Assembly (NCBI GenBank): GCA_011364965.1
Contig: RDOB01000003.1
Location: forward strand, 1-64,000
Reading direction: 5' to 3'
Length of the DNA stretch: 64,000 nt
Source of the DNA: Candidatus Heimdallarchaeota archaeon
GTDB taxonomy: Archaea; Asgardarchaeota; Heimdallarchaeia; Hodarchaeales; Hodarchaeaceae
Position numbers and translations under genes: made by a program. Under the pieces are notes generated by a model, which saw nothing but the letters and a program-made list of their open reading frames with translations, was not told the origin of the DNA and made no database searches. This document shows positions 28,972 to 39,602 of this stretch, one piece after another (within the stretch, counting starts at the first letter, position 1; each line of letters begins with the position of its first letter).

Positions 28972-30051
28972 TTACTGCAATTTGTTTTTATATAAGGCAA
29001 ATAATCTATGAAATTCAACTGGGAGACCTGAATGATCTACTTTGTCAGCAATTGGGGTCATATCTACAGCATTATAGGTATTCCAGAATAACAGATTCCC
29101 AGACCTTTGATACATCTTGGTGTAAGCTAGCATACCAGCCATCGCTTTACCTGTATAAGTGGTTTCTAGTTTGATATTTTCTGATTGGCCAAGGAGATCT
29201 ACAGCTTGGCTCCCCTCTGGCGTAACTCGTCCATAAGCTCCTCCATAGAAGGTTGTGGATAGTATAAACCGTGGTGAGTACTGAAAATTCTTCAGTTTAC
29301 TATCTTGTTTCAATAGTTGTAGCGTCTGATTCACTAATTTCTTGACTTTTCCTTTGCTAGCAGCAAACCTATCTGTTACTTGGATTCCATGAATTTGAGA
29401 CTTGAGTCCTGCCAACTGAACCCCTAGCTCTAATCCTGCCATAGTTCCCACGGTTCCAGCAGCAACAAAAATATGATCCGGTTCTTCTATTAAACCTTCT
29501 TTAACTTGATTTCTTAATTCAAACGCTGCATTTACGTAACCTAGTACCCCAAGAGGAGTTGAACCACCCGCAGGAAGCCAGTAAATATGGTGAAAGCGGA
29601 TTGGGTCAAGAATATAGAAATACAATCCAACTCCAAGATAGTTCTTAACAAATTTTAGCTCTGCTCCAAAATGAAAATCCAACTTGAGATTATCTAACAC
29701 ATGTTTAGTAATAGGTTGATTAATTAAATATAAAATTGTTTTAAGTCCTTTCTCTCTCCCAAATATGGTGGTTGCAAGCCCATGATTTGTTCCCAACCCT
29801 CCTATTGTCGCTACGGTTGTTTTATCTTTTTCAATTGCATCTGCTAGAATGAATTCTAATTTTCTTACTTTATTTCCTCCATAAATCGTTGATGTCAGAC
29901 TGTCTTGCTTAATCCACAAAAAATTCTTGCTTTGTACCTTCTGTTCAACATTTGCAAGAGATTTTATTGGAGTTGGTCCTTCAAGAAGATTTAACCATGG
30001 AATATGGCCTTCTAGATCTGGATACTCTTCAAATAACAATGGATTCGTCAT
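28972..30051 (-). CDS. PLP-dependent D-cysteine desulfhydrase / ACC deaminase family
   Basis: YGGNKVRKLEF (PLP Lys), TNHG, PAGGS, AGTVGTMAG and YTGKAMAG motifs. Confidence 0.9.
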   Translation of the reverse strand: MTNPLLFEEYPDLEGHIPWLNLLEGPTPIKSLANVEQKVQSKNFLWIKQDSLTSTIYGGNKVRKLEFILADAIEKDKTTVATIGGLGTNHGLATTIFGREKGLKTILYLINQPITKHVLDNLKLDFHFGAELKFVKNYLGVGLYFYILDPIRFHHIYWLPAGGSTPLGVLGYVNAAFELRNQVKEGLIEEPDHIFVAAGTVGTMAGLELGVQLAGLKSQIHGIQVTDRFAASKGKVKKLVNQTLQLLKQDSKLKNFQYSPRFILSTTFYGGAYGRVTPEGSQAVDLLGQSENIKLETTYTGKAMAGMLAYTKMYQRSGNLLFWNTYNAVDMTPIADKVDHSGLPVEFHRLFALYKNKLQ

Positions 30052-30359
30052 AATACATCCCAGAACTTTCTTAAGACTTCAAAATTAACATTCGGGGTTA
30101 TAGAAGTCAATTAAATTCAATCGATTCAAATCTATTTCGGCTGTGTTGTGTGGAAATCCTCAGAAAATGTACTCTAATTGATGCAAACAATTATAATTTG
30201 AACATACACAAGATATAGAAAATCAAGCTAGAGAGTTTTTCATTCTGTAAAGATACTCTTACATGCCATATGAAAGTTAGAATTCGTGAGGTTGGCTATA
30301 AAGAGCAAGCTCATTTTTAAATGGTCAATGTTACGATTTCTTATTGATGAATATAACGA

Positions 30360-31559
30360 TTGATAAATATTTTGCCAGAGGGACGCAAACCAGTGACTAT
30401 TCAAACTAGAGAAACAGTATTGAAGCGTATCAGATCATACTTACGTAAAAATCCCAAAGAATTAAAAGGAGTTCGCAGTTTAGAGAAACATCGGCTTAAT
30501 GCTCTAATCCAGAGATTAAATGAATACTCCCCGATTGAAACATTACGCTGGAATGTGCCAGATCGGCAATTGTTTCGTGAAATAGCGCTAGCTGCAGGAA
30601 TACAATTTGTTAGGCAATACCCTTTCTTGTATCATACTCCCAATTCATTACGTGCATGCTTTGGTATGCCTACGAGAAGTGATAGAAAAAAAGGCCGGTT
30701 TTCATCTATTTTCTATCGCAATGAGGCAGTAGAACGTCAATTAAGACCCAAATTTGAGGATTTAGACGATTTGGAGGTAAAATTACAAGAATACTCAAAT
30801 TCAGCATATAAAGAGGATATTGTTTTATTAGTCAAGTACATAAACATTGCACGAAATAGACGGGTTATTGATGATCTACTGGAAACACCAGAGAGCGATC
30901 ACTCTGAAGAGAGTATTGAAAAACTTAAAGATTTTTTAAAGGTTAATAATTTTATTAATATTAAAGAAGCGAAAGATATCTCGGAAGATCATCTCGAAGA
31001 CCTTGATGGAGTAATTTTAGCACCTGACATGATTGCATACTGGCACAATATTGAATGTTGGATAGAACTAAAAGAATATAAAGAATTAAAATTTAACTCT
31101 AAAGTTGTATATCAAGTTTTTCGATATCTACTACAAAATCCTTTCGTTTTGTTATTAAGTATTTCTCCTCTTCCGAGCTTTTTAGAACTACTAGAAAATC
31201 CACACTGGAATGCACAATCTTTACGAAATTGGGGTTATAAACATCAAGATAGACTTAATGAAACAATTGAAAACTGGCATCATTCACGAAACACATACAT
31301 GAATTTAGGTTTAGAATTAAATTTATCCCCACGATTTGAAGCATTGTATCTTGCTCTTACAAATGAGATCGTCACGCGTGAGATTGGATTAGCAGGAACG
31401 GAATTAAGGGGGATTGAAAAGTTCCTAAATATTCTCCCTAATTTTGGAGAAGAGGATATTACTATAAGCGAGTTTGATTCTTTTATAAATGCAAACCAGG
31501 CACCCGTGAAATATTGTTTGCTTCTTAAAATGGATTATGAAACAAAACAGGTTACTTGA
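30360..31559 (+). CDS. Uncharacterised protein with a PD-(D/E)XK nuclease-like motif
   Basis: APDMIAYW..IECWIELKE...VVYQVFRY, preceded by a basic helical N-terminal region. Confidence 0.6.
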   Translation: MINILPEGRKPVTIQTRETVLKRIRSYLRKNPKELKGVRSLEKHRLNALIQRLNEYSPIETLRWNVPDRQLFREIALAAGIQFVRQYPFLYHTPNSLRACFGMPTRSDRKKGRFSSIFYRNEAVERQLRPKFEDLDDLEVKLQEYSNSAYKEDIVLLVKYINIARNRRVIDDLLETPESDHSEESIEKLKDFLKVNNFINIKEAKDISEDHLEDLDGVILAPDMIAYWHNIECWIELKEYKELKFNSKVVYQVFRYLLQNPFVLLLSISPLPSFLELLENPHWNAQSLRNWGYKHQDRLNETIENWHHSRNTYMNLGLELNLSPRFEALYLALTNEIVTREIGLAGTELRGIEKFLNILPNFGEEDITISEFDSFINANQAPVKYCLLLKMDYETKQVT

Positions 31560-31565
31560 TATTTC

Positions 31566-32318
31566 CTATAATATATATTTCCCAGTAAAGGTCGGGAGAA
31601 TAAAAAGTAAGCCAAAAATAATTACTAATAATGCTGTAATAATTTCAATGACTCTGAAACGCTCTGCAAACCTTTGAGCTACCACAGTCCGAGCCTCTGT
31701 AGTCACTAATACAAGTGCAAAATATGGTAAAAAGAGTCCACCTGAGAATAATAACAATCCAAAAAGAAAGGCAAATGAACCCCCGATTGTGGGGATGAGA
31801 GAAAGTAGGATAGTGAACACTGGAAAAGCACAAGGTAAAGCAACAAACGAATATCCTAACCCTATGATAAAGAGATCTAGGTAATTAAACTCCTCCCGAT
31901 CAAATAAATTTGCTATACGCTCTGGTATCGGAATACGAGCAAAGGTTTTTTCCCCTAATATTGGAAAGAGGAGAAAAAGTCCCATTGTTACTAGAATTAC
32001 TCCAAGAATAAATGTTAAGGGTTGATAGGTTTGAATAAGGAACAGTCCTAAATAACTCCAGATATAAGCACCAACAATCATTGCTGTAAGAAAGGACGCA
32101 AGTACACCCCCAGTGAGAGCAGATACCCACTTCAATATCATGGGGCGTGTAGCATATATTTCCTGCCCATTTTCGCCTTGGGTGCTCTTATTCATTATGC
32201 GAAAGACGGTAAGTGGCATTACTGGAAATAAGCATGGGGAAAGGGCAATATATAATCCAGCGAAAAAGAATAACGGTAAACCGATAGAGTTATCGATCTC
32301 TATTCCATAGAATTGCAT
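31566..32318 (-). CDS. ccdA: CcdA/DsbD-type transmembrane electron transporter
   Basis: Two PC motifs (LSPCLFP, LPCAFP) and ~6-7 TMs. Adjacent to a thioredoxin-like gene. Confidence 0.8.
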   Translation of the reverse strand: MQFYGIEIDNSIGLPLFFFAGLYIALSPCLFPVMPLTVFRIMNKSTQGENGQEIYATRPMILKWVSALTGGVLASFLTAMIVGAYIWSYLGLFLIQTYQPLTFILGVILVTMGLFLLFPILGEKTFARIPIPERIANLFDREEFNYLDLFIIGLGYSFVALPCAFPVFTILLSLIPTIGGSFAFLFGLLLFSGGLFLPYFALVLVTTEARTVVAQRFAERFRVIEIITALLVIIFGLLFILPTFTGKYIL

Positions 32319-32410
32319 AAGAAATCAACTTAAAACTGTTTGGAACGTAAATAAATCAAATGAGTGATTTTTCCTTTACCTTCAAATCATTTGGGATCAA
32401 AACTTACAAA

Positions 32411-33070
32411 TTAACCGTCAGAAATCCATTGAGCTAAGGTCTCATAATAAACGACACCCTGATAATATTGTGTTAATTCTCCGTCTGAATTGATAAATGC
32501 CACTGTAGGTATACTTGTAGCAGAGAAAAGTTGTCCTCCTCTCTGTGTGATATCACGCCCTACAACCCAGTTCATGCCATTTGTATCCTTATAGGCTATA
32601 AGAGAAGGAATATTATCATTAAGGTCAACTGAAACTGATATGATTCTCACAGAGGGAAAAGAGGCCTTGATAGATTGCAATTCTGCGATTTGTGTTTTAC
32701 ATGGAGTGCACCATGTTGCGAATAAATCTAAGATAATTGGATTTCCTTCATAATCAGATAACCACACTTCACTTTCGTCTAGTAGCTGTATTTTAAAATC
32801 TAAGTCACTTAAATTTGAATTATCGATAGAAGTAGGTCCCAATAAAGGAATATTCCCTAATACAATAGCTGCAAATCCAATAACTGTGATAATTACTATC
32901 ATACCGAAAATCTTAGCCAATGGAAAGGCTGAGTAAGACTTTGGGTTTGATTCGTGCCTTTTCTTTTGAAGAGAGTCAATTGATGCCAAGATATCTTCAA
33001 TACCCTCATTTTTCCCTTCTCCTGCATCAGGGATTTCTTTTACTTGTATTCTTCTTGGACGACGAGACAT
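32411..33070 (-). CDS. Membrane-anchored TlpA/ResA-like thioredoxin
   Basis: A TM followed by LDLFATWCTPCK and cis-Pro SIPT. Confidence 0.9.
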   Translation of the reverse strand: MSRRPRRIQVKEIPDAGEGKNEGIEDILASIDSLQKKRHESNPKSYSAFPLAKIFGMIVIITVIGFAAIVLGNIPLLGPTSIDNSNLSDLDFKIQLLDESEVWLSDYEGNPIILDLFATWCTPCKTQIAELQSIKASFPSVRIISVSVDLNDNIPSLIAYKDTNGMNWVVGRDITQRGGQLFSATSIPTVAFINSDGELTQYYQGVVYYETLAQWISDG

Positions 33071-33181
33071 ACAGACACACCCTTAATTTGAAAAAAACGA
33101 GCTGAAAAAAATTTTTATCTTTGATTATACGAAATCCAGCATTTCTAATGAAAAAAATGAATGAATTTTAAGTTATTTTGT

Positions 33182-33433
33182 TCACTTTCTTTTGTTTTCG
33201 AATTCCTTGTGAATATTTTTCCAATACCTTGGCAATATGCTCATTTTAGGGAAGAATGCAGTGGAAAATGTAATATAAAAGAGGATTAATGTAGTATTAC
33301 CGATTATTGCACATAATCGTAAAGAGAGGTAGATCAAATCTCCTCCATGGGATTCTGAATGTATTAAGACGATGGTGAATATTTAAAATAATAGTGTACC
33401 AAGTATAATCCCAATTGCTTTGAATTTAACCCC
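33182..33433 (-). pseudogene. Degraded C-terminal remnant of a multi-pass membrane protein
   Basis: Translates as GVKFKAIGIILGTLLF*IFTIVLI...LCAIIGNTTLILFYITFSTAFFPKMSILPRYWKNIHKEFENKRK*. It has one in-frame TAA (33383-33385) and no start. Confidence 0.4.
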
Positions 33434-33719
33434 TTAAAAAGCTCCTTGCACAAGAAAAGATTTACTCCCGGTTATTTATAAGATTAAAAATGAATCTTTT
33501 CAAATTCATCTATAAAGGAAACTGAAAATAATATAAATATAGCTCGAATCAAAAAAAAGATTATACGTAGTAGTTCTGAAGGAAGGTTTAAACTTGGATT
33601 TAATATAACGATGAATTTTTTAATCCTCATCAATTTAAAGATATATTAAGATAGTTAACCAAAATACTCTAAGGATTGAATAAGCTTTCCTTCATGAAAC
33701 TAACAAGAGGATCTGTATT

Positions 33720-35084
33720 ATGAGTGCACTCATTTCCGAACCTAAGGCATTAAAAACTCCCAGTGAGAAAATTCAAAGACCATTCAAACACTTTATGAAA
33801 ACTGAGCAGTTCAGTGGAATCTTATTAATAATTTGTACACTTCTAGCCTTAATCTTTGCAAATTCTCCCTTATCTGAAAATTATTTTCTTATTTGGGAAA
33901 CCAATTTCTCTATATCACTAGGTGGCCTATCATTAAGCAAACCTATTCACTTATGGATCAACGATGGATTAATGGCAATTTTTTTCTTTGTTGTAGGGTT
34001 AGAGATAAAGCGTGAATTAATGGTAGGAGAACTAAATACTCTTAAAAAAGCAACACTCCCTGTTTCAGCTGCAATCGGAGGAATGCTCTTTCCTGCTTTT
34101 ATATACTTGATTATTAATATCAATAATCCAGCAGGGATGCGTGGATGGGGGATTCCCATGGCTACTGATATAGCATTCGTAATAGGGGTGTTAGCAATCT
34201 TGGGTCCAAAAGTACCCCTTTCACTAAAAGTTTTTCTCACCAGTCTTGCTATTGTTGATGATATTGGAGCAGTGTTAGTCATCGCTTTATTCTATTCCAA
34301 CAGTATTCGAGTAGAGTTTTTAATAGCTGCAGTGGTAGTATTAGCTATTTTAATTATCATTAATCGCTTAGATATCAATAATCCAATCCTTTTTGGAATA
34401 TTAGGAATTTTAACATGGTATTGTATATTTAATAGCGGAGTACATGCAACTATAGCAGGAATCTTGGTCGCATTCACAATCCCTGCGCGGATTAAAGTTG
34501 ATACAAAGGAATTTATTGAAAGGAGTGAGCTACTTATATCACGCTTTAAAGCTGCAGGAGAAAGAGACAAAGAGATATTACTTAATAGACAACAGTTGGC
34601 TGCATTAAAAACACTAGAACTAGCTTGTGTACAAGTAGAAACTCCTTTACAGCGTTTTGAGAGACTTCTTCATTCATGGGTAGCTTATCTAATCATGCCC
34701 CTTTTTGTTTTCGCAAATGCAGGCATAAAAATTGAGAATATCCAACTCGATGTTTTTTTTCACCCAGTAACGCTTGGGGTTATCCTTGGTCTTGCGATTG
34801 GAAAACAACTAGGAATATTCACTTTAAGTTATTTATCTGTGCATTTTCGATTAACGGAATTACCTTCGGGTGTAACTTGGAGACATATCTATGGTGGAGC
34901 ATTGCTAGGCGGAATAGGGTTTACTATGTCACTATTCATCTCAAGTCTTGCACTTATTAATCCAATAAATATCATTGCAGCAAAAACTGGAATAATTCTA
35001 GGATCATTGATTTCTGGATCAATAGGGTACTATTTACTTGATAAGAATTTCAAGGATAAACAAAAAGCTTACTCTGCGCCATAA
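33720..35084 (+). CDS. nhaA: Na+/H+ antiporter NhaA
   Basis: WINDGLMAIFFFVVGLEIKRE, GWGIPMATDIAF, LAIVDDIGA, SGVHATIAG, GKQLGI and GIGFTMSLFI motifs. Confidence 0.97.
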   Translation: MSALISEPKALKTPSEKIQRPFKHFMKTEQFSGILLIICTLLALIFANSPLSENYFLIWETNFSISLGGLSLSKPIHLWINDGLMAIFFFVVGLEIKRELMVGELNTLKKATLPVSAAIGGMLFPAFIYLIININNPAGMRGWGIPMATDIAFVIGVLAILGPKVPLSLKVFLTSLAIVDDIGAVLVIALFYSNSIRVEFLIAAVVVLAILIIINRLDINNPILFGILGILTWYCIFNSGVHATIAGILVAFTIPARIKVDTKEFIERSELLISRFKAAGERDKEILLNRQQLAALKTLELACVQVETPLQRFERLLHSWVAYLIMPLFVFANAGIKIENIQLDVFFHPVTLGVILGLAIGKQLGIFTLSYLSVHFRLTELPSGVTWRHIYGGALLGGIGFTMSLFISSLALINPINIIAAKTGIILGSLISGSIGYYLLDKNFKDKQKAYSAP

Positions 35085-35104
35085 AATCCCCTTTCGGATT
35101 TTCT

Positions 35105-35857
35105 TTACCAATAGAGATCTTTCGCAGAAACATACTCTTGCGTATAATTTTCTACTACTTCACCATCAGATAAACGGATAACACGATCTCCTAGGGGACA
35201 TATTGCTTCATTATGAGTCACTATTATGACAGTTCGGTTTTGTTCCTTACCCGTCATAGCTTCCATTATTTCAAGAATCTGACGACCTATTTTAAAGTCT
35301 AGATTCCCAGTGGGCTCATCAGCTAGAAGGATTTCGGGTTCTTTGGCTAATGCTCTTGCAATCGACACTCGTTGTTGCTCTCCACCAGATAACTGAGCAG
35401 GAAAATGATGAAGTCGATCTCCTAATCCTACTTTATCAAGATATTCGCTTGCTTTTTCTCGAATAATTTTGGACCTAAAAGACACAGAGCTCTCATCTCT
35501 AGGATTAGTTCTTACCCCCACAAGTTCTATTGCATACTCCACATTTTCTAATGCTGTTAGACGACTTATCAGGTTAAAAAATTGAAATACTACTCCAATC
35601 TTCTTTCTTCTATAAACTGTAAGCCATTTTGCTGATAAAGTAGATATAGGAATCTCACTAACTGTCACCTTCCCAGCTGTAGGAATATCGAGTCCCCCGA
35701 TCATATTCATAAGTGTTGTTTTCCCCGCTCCTGAAGGTCCATAAATAATTACTAGTTCTCCCTTCTCAATATCTAGACTTACTCCATTTAAGGCTTTTGT
35801 AATAGTTTCTCCAAGACGATATTCCTTTTGAACATCTCTTAGTGTTATAAGTGCCAT
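35105..35857 (-). CDS. LolD/MacB-type ABC ATPase
   Basis: [32 protein letters not shown] and VTHN motifs. Confidence 0.93.
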   Translation of the reverse strand: MALITLRDVQKEYRLGETITKALNGVSLDIEKGELVIIYGPSGAGKTTLMNMIGGLDIPTAGKVTVSEIPISTLSAKWLTVYRRKKIGVVFQFFNLISRLTALENVEYAIELVGVRTNPRDESSVSFRSKIIREKASEYLDKVGLGDRLHHFPAQLSGGEQQRVSIARALAKEPEILLADEPTGNLDFKIGRQILEIMEAMTGKEQNRTVIIVTHNEAICPLGDRVIRLSDGEVVENYTQEYVSAKDLYW

Positions 35858-35870
35858 TCTTTTTAACCTC

Positions 35871-38423
35871 CTAGACTACTCGCTCCTTCGTTGCTTCTGC
35901 GAGATTTAGGTTAAGCGCTCTTCTAAGAGGGAAATACTCTGCAAATAACACACCTAATAAAGTAAGGAAGAAGCTAAAGAATCGAGTATTATCACTCATA
36001 AATATGATAATTCGGAAAAATTCCATATCTAAAACAACAGCCATAAAAAACCATAATAAAAACCATCCAAAGATTAAACCGAAAAAGGAACCAATTATTG
36101 TTATCACAGTATTTTCGATTGTAATATTTCGAATAATATGGCGATTGGGTGTTCCAATAGTGAGAAGTGTCGCTAATTCTCTTTCTTGTTCCTGAAGATT
36201 AATATATACCGTATTATATACCATAGCAACGGCAAGAAGAACAGCGAATAATGCAATGACATACATTACCCAATATAACGCCTCTAATAATCCTAATAAA
36301 TCGGAACTTTGTTCTGCTTTTGTATAAATATTTCTAATATTATAGTTATATCGTGTGTATATTTCAGACCTTACATATTCTAAATTTGTGTCTGTTGGAT
36401 CATCCAGTTGGATTAATATTGTGTTTGCAGGAGATCCTGGGAAATTGCTAACTTCTACTAATCGGTTCAACCCTATATAGGTAACTAATCCATTAAATTC
36501 GTCAACAAGACCTGAAACTCGAAAAGAGACATTAATCATTTCGAAATGCGCTCTCAGAGGCGCTGTGCTTACCAAACTTGTCAATCTTGGAATCTCAAGT
36601 TGGACTTCATCCCCTACTTTAACTCTTAATTTTTCTGCAATGGGTACAGTAAGAACAACACCTTCAGGGTCAAATTCACCTCTTGGTTTGGTATTAATAA
36701 ATCTAAAAGTATGACCCAAATATCCATCTGACTCATTGATGCCAATTAGCTGTGTTGTTTTACTCACCGATGATTTTGCTGAAGTTAATGTAGCTCCAGA
36801 TAAAAGATGATATGTAGAATTCGAGACACCATCGATATTATTCCTTATTGCTTGCGAAATAACTGAAGTATTAGTAGGCACTTCACTAAAATCAAGTTTC
36901 AAATCCCAATCTTCAACTATTGTATATTGTACTCTAAGGCCATAATCCATTGATTCCATCATGCCCCATGCCATACTGATAATAGAAACAGAGATTATAA
37001 CAGCGAAAACAGATGAAAATGTTCTACGCTTGCTTCTAAAAAAGTTCCTCAATGGAAGACGAAATCCTGTCACACGAAAACGAATATGGAATTTATTGAG
37101 AAATTTCTCTGCAAAAGAAATTCTTCCAGCTATTATATGACGTGATGGATCAAAACGTAAACTTTCCGCGGGTAAAGCTTGAATAGCACTTTTAACTGGA
37201 AAGTAACCCCCAATAAATCCCGTGATCAGACCAAGGAAAATACCAACAATTACTAATTCCCATTCAAAAGTAACTACGGCAGGAAATTGGATCGAAATAA
37301 CTTTAACATAAGTAGGACTGAAAACACCGGAAAGAGCAACACCAAATATGGTGCCAATCAATGTTCCCACAATCGAAACAACAATAGCAATTCCTAGGTA
37401 TTGTTTAATTATGGCGTTTCTACTATAACCAAGTGCTTGCGATACACCGATATCTTTTCTTTCAGCAACAACCATTCGCCCTAAAAGAATATATAATCCT
37501 CCACAAGCCATACCTAGAAGAAGTATGGGAAGCATTATTCCCATTTCTCTCGCTTCTTCGATATCTAATTTTAGCAAGTAATAGGATACTTGATCATCAA
37601 AATCAATAGGTTCACCCATTTTAAGTCCTTTTTCATCTTCAAGGAATTTTTTCAAGTCACTCGCAACTTGTTCCCGCTGTGACTTGGATAATATGTCGTT
37701 TAATTTTACAGATATTTCGTTTACCTTGCCTTCTACATTTAAAACGCCTTGAGCAGTTCTTAAAGGCATGAATATTACTCCGAACCGTCGGGGACTAGGT
37801 AAGATATCAGCATAGGATCCCATGTTCATTAAGTATTCAGGTGAAGCAATTGTACCAAGTATTTGAAAAGAAATATAATTATCTCCAACTTCAATAAACT
37901 CATTGGGTTCAAGTTTCCAATATTCAGCAAGATGACCTTCAACCATACAAACATTCCGGTATTCACTTGTTTGAGAGAACCCATTGCCACTTAAAAGTCT
38001 ATAACCATTTACAGAGGGCTGAGAACGAAATGTACCCGTCTTATCTGTCGTATTAAATGCAACAATCCTACCATTCTGTTGATTACCACGAACTCGAAAA
38101 GCTGTATCGTAAACTATTCTTACTTCGAAGTCCTCTACATCTGAACCAGCCTCTGTATTACTAAATTCATTCATTATCCTTGTTAGGTTGGAATAATCAA
38201 TCCAAGCATCGCTTCCTGACCCAGAGGGATTTGCAGTCTGTAAAGTAAAGCTAGCCATTGCATGCTTTTTGAAAGCTCCAGTGTATGTACTATCCAAATG
38301 GACAAATGCAGAGATCATTACATGTGCAGCCATTACGCCTGTAGCAATTACAAGAGCAATCATTAAGAATCTTAATTTATGAGCCATAATAGCTCTGTAT
38401 ATGTTTTTAGTTGTTTTTGCCAT
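35871..38423 (-). CDS. FtsX/MacB-like permease (two fused halves)
   Basis: Two large extracytoplasmic domains, with [12 protein letters not shown] and [11 protein letters not shown] motifs. Confidence 0.9.
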   Translation of the reverse strand: MAKTTKNIYRAIMAHKLRFLMIALVIATGVMAAHVMISAFVHLDSTYTGAFKKHAMASFTLQTANPSGSGSDAWIDYSNLTRIMNEFSNTEAGSDVEDFEVRIVYDTAFRVRGNQQNGRIVAFNTTDKTGTFRSQPSVNGYRLLSGNGFSQTSEYRNVCMVEGHLAEYWKLEPNEFIEVGDNYISFQILGTIASPEYLMNMGSYADILPSPRRFGVIFMPLRTAQGVLNVEGKVNEISVKLNDILSKSQREQVASDLKKFLEDEKGLKMGEPIDFDDQVSYYLLKLDIEEAREMGIMLPILLLGMACGGLYILLGRMVVAERKDIGVSQALGYSRNAIIKQYLGIAIVVSIVGTLIGTIFGVALSGVFSPTYVKVISIQFPAVVTFEWELVIVGIFLGLITGFIGGYFPVKSAIQALPAESLRFDPSRHIIAGRISFAEKFLNKFHIRFRVTGFRLPLRNFFRSKRRTFSSVFAVIISVSIISMAWGMMESMDYGLRVQYTIVEDWDLKLDFSEVPTNTSVISQAIRNNIDGVSNSTYHLLSGATLTSAKSSVSKTTQLIGINESDGYLGHTFRFINTKPRGEFDPEGVVLTVPIAEKLRVKVGDEVQLEIPRLTSLVSTAPLRAHFEMINVSFRVSGLVDEFNGLVTYIGLNRLVEVSNFPGSPANTILIQLDDPTDTNLEYVRSEIYTRYNYNIRNIYTKAEQSSDLLGLLEALYWVMYVIALFAVLLAVAMVYNTVYINLQEQERELATLLTIGTPNRHIIRNITIENTVITIIGSFFGLIFGWFLLWFFMAVVLDMEFFRIIIFMSDNTRFFSFFLTLLGVLFAEYFPLRRALNLNLAEATKERVV

Positions 38424-38429
38424 TTACTT

Positions 38430-39146
38430 TCACCATGTAATTTCCATTGCATCTACTGGTTTTTGGGGAGTAATAGAGTCAATTGTTCCAGATCGAAGAG
38501 AAATAACTAAATCTGCGATTTCTGAGATCTTTCTATTATGCGTAACCAGTACTGTTAGTGTATCCGGCCTCGTACGTACTAATTTTTGGATAGTAGCTAA
38601 TACTAATCTCCCCTCTTTCACTGAGAGTTCCCCAGTTGGTTCATCACAGAGAAGGAGTTTGGGTTCTTTTGCTAACGCACGAGCTGCTGCTACTCGCTGT
38701 TGTTCCCCCCCGGATAATTGTGATGGAAACATATCTTTTTTTTCATATAATCCAACTGCTTTCAGATATTCCTCCGCTTTTAATCGAGTTTCATTTCGTG
38801 ATCGTTTTTGGGAAAGTTCCACAGCATATTCCACATTTTCTAATGCGGAATAGACGGGTAGGAGGTTAAAAAATTGGAAGATGAACCCCACATGTTTACG
38901 ACGAAATCTGGAAAGTTTTCTTTTGCCAAATCTGGTAATTTCTTTACCTGCTATGCATATTTTTCCCTCACATTTATCAATACCACCTAATACATTTAAT
39001 AAAGTGGTTTTACCAGACCCTGATGGGCCTAAACATACTACTAAGTTACCAGATTCTAGCTTCAGTGAGATATTTTTGAGTGCATAGATTTTAGAATGCC
39101 CCATTTGGTAAACTCGTTGTACATTTTCCAGTTCGACTAAACTCAT
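38430..39146 (-). CDS. LolD/MacB-type ABC ATPase with variant D-loop
   Basis: [26 protein letters not shown] and VTHN motifs. Start at 39146 or 39155. Confidence 0.92.
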   Translation of the reverse strand: MSLVELENVQRVYQMGHSKIYALKNISLKLESGNLVVCLGPSGSGKTTLLNVLGGIDKCEGKICIAGKEITRFGKRKLSRFRRKHVGFIFQFFNLLPVYSALENVEYAVELSQKRSRNETRLKAEEYLKAVGLYEKKDMFPSQLSGGEQQRVAAARALAKEPKLLLCDEPTGELSVKEGRLVLATIQKLVRTRPDTLTVLVTHNRKISEIADLVISLRSGTIDSITPQKPVDAMEITW

Positions 39147-39173
39147 GAGGTTCACCCAATATTTCTTATGTTT

Positions 39174-39593
39174 TCACAATCCTGAGACTCCAGGATCCAC
39201 CTCTTTAACTACTTTGGTGCCAGCCTTCATGAAAAAGAATCTACGTAGATGCAATCGAAATTTGCGCCTTGTAGACTCATTTTCAGTTGTTACAACTTTC
39301 ATTCCAAAAAACATTTTTCCTACTGTCTGTCCATCGGTTAAAGCAGACATTAAGAAATGATAGATCGGAAAAAAGATAATGAACCACACGATAATTAAGT
39401 AGTCAAGAAATGGTTCAAGTTCGGCAGCATTTGGCAAAATAGCAGTCCATAAGATATCCCATTCAAGCAGTGCACCAAATTGTATTAAAATTGCTAAGAA
39501 AATTCCAACAATTATGTCGATAATCAATGCTGCAAATCGTAGAACTATTGATACTTCTTTGTATGAAATTCTTTCTTTTGACATAAAATACAT
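39174..39593 (-). CDS. RDD-family membrane protein
   Basis: RFAALIID, GQTVGKMFFGMKVV and AGTKVV motifs. Confidence 0.88.
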   Translation of the reverse strand: MYFMSKERISYKEVSIVLRFAALIIDIIVGIFLAILIQFGALLEWDILWTAILPNAAELEPFLDYLIIVWFIIFFPIYHFLMSALTDGQTVGKMFFGMKVVTTENESTRRKFRLHLRRFFFMKAGTKVVKEVDPGVSGL

Positions 39594-39602
39594 ACCTCCA
39601 TT

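Noticed and set aside
33301-33319. 7-bp inverted repeat CGATTAT-N5-ATAATCG
   Set aside because: A single occurrence inside a probable gene remnant, so it may be chance.
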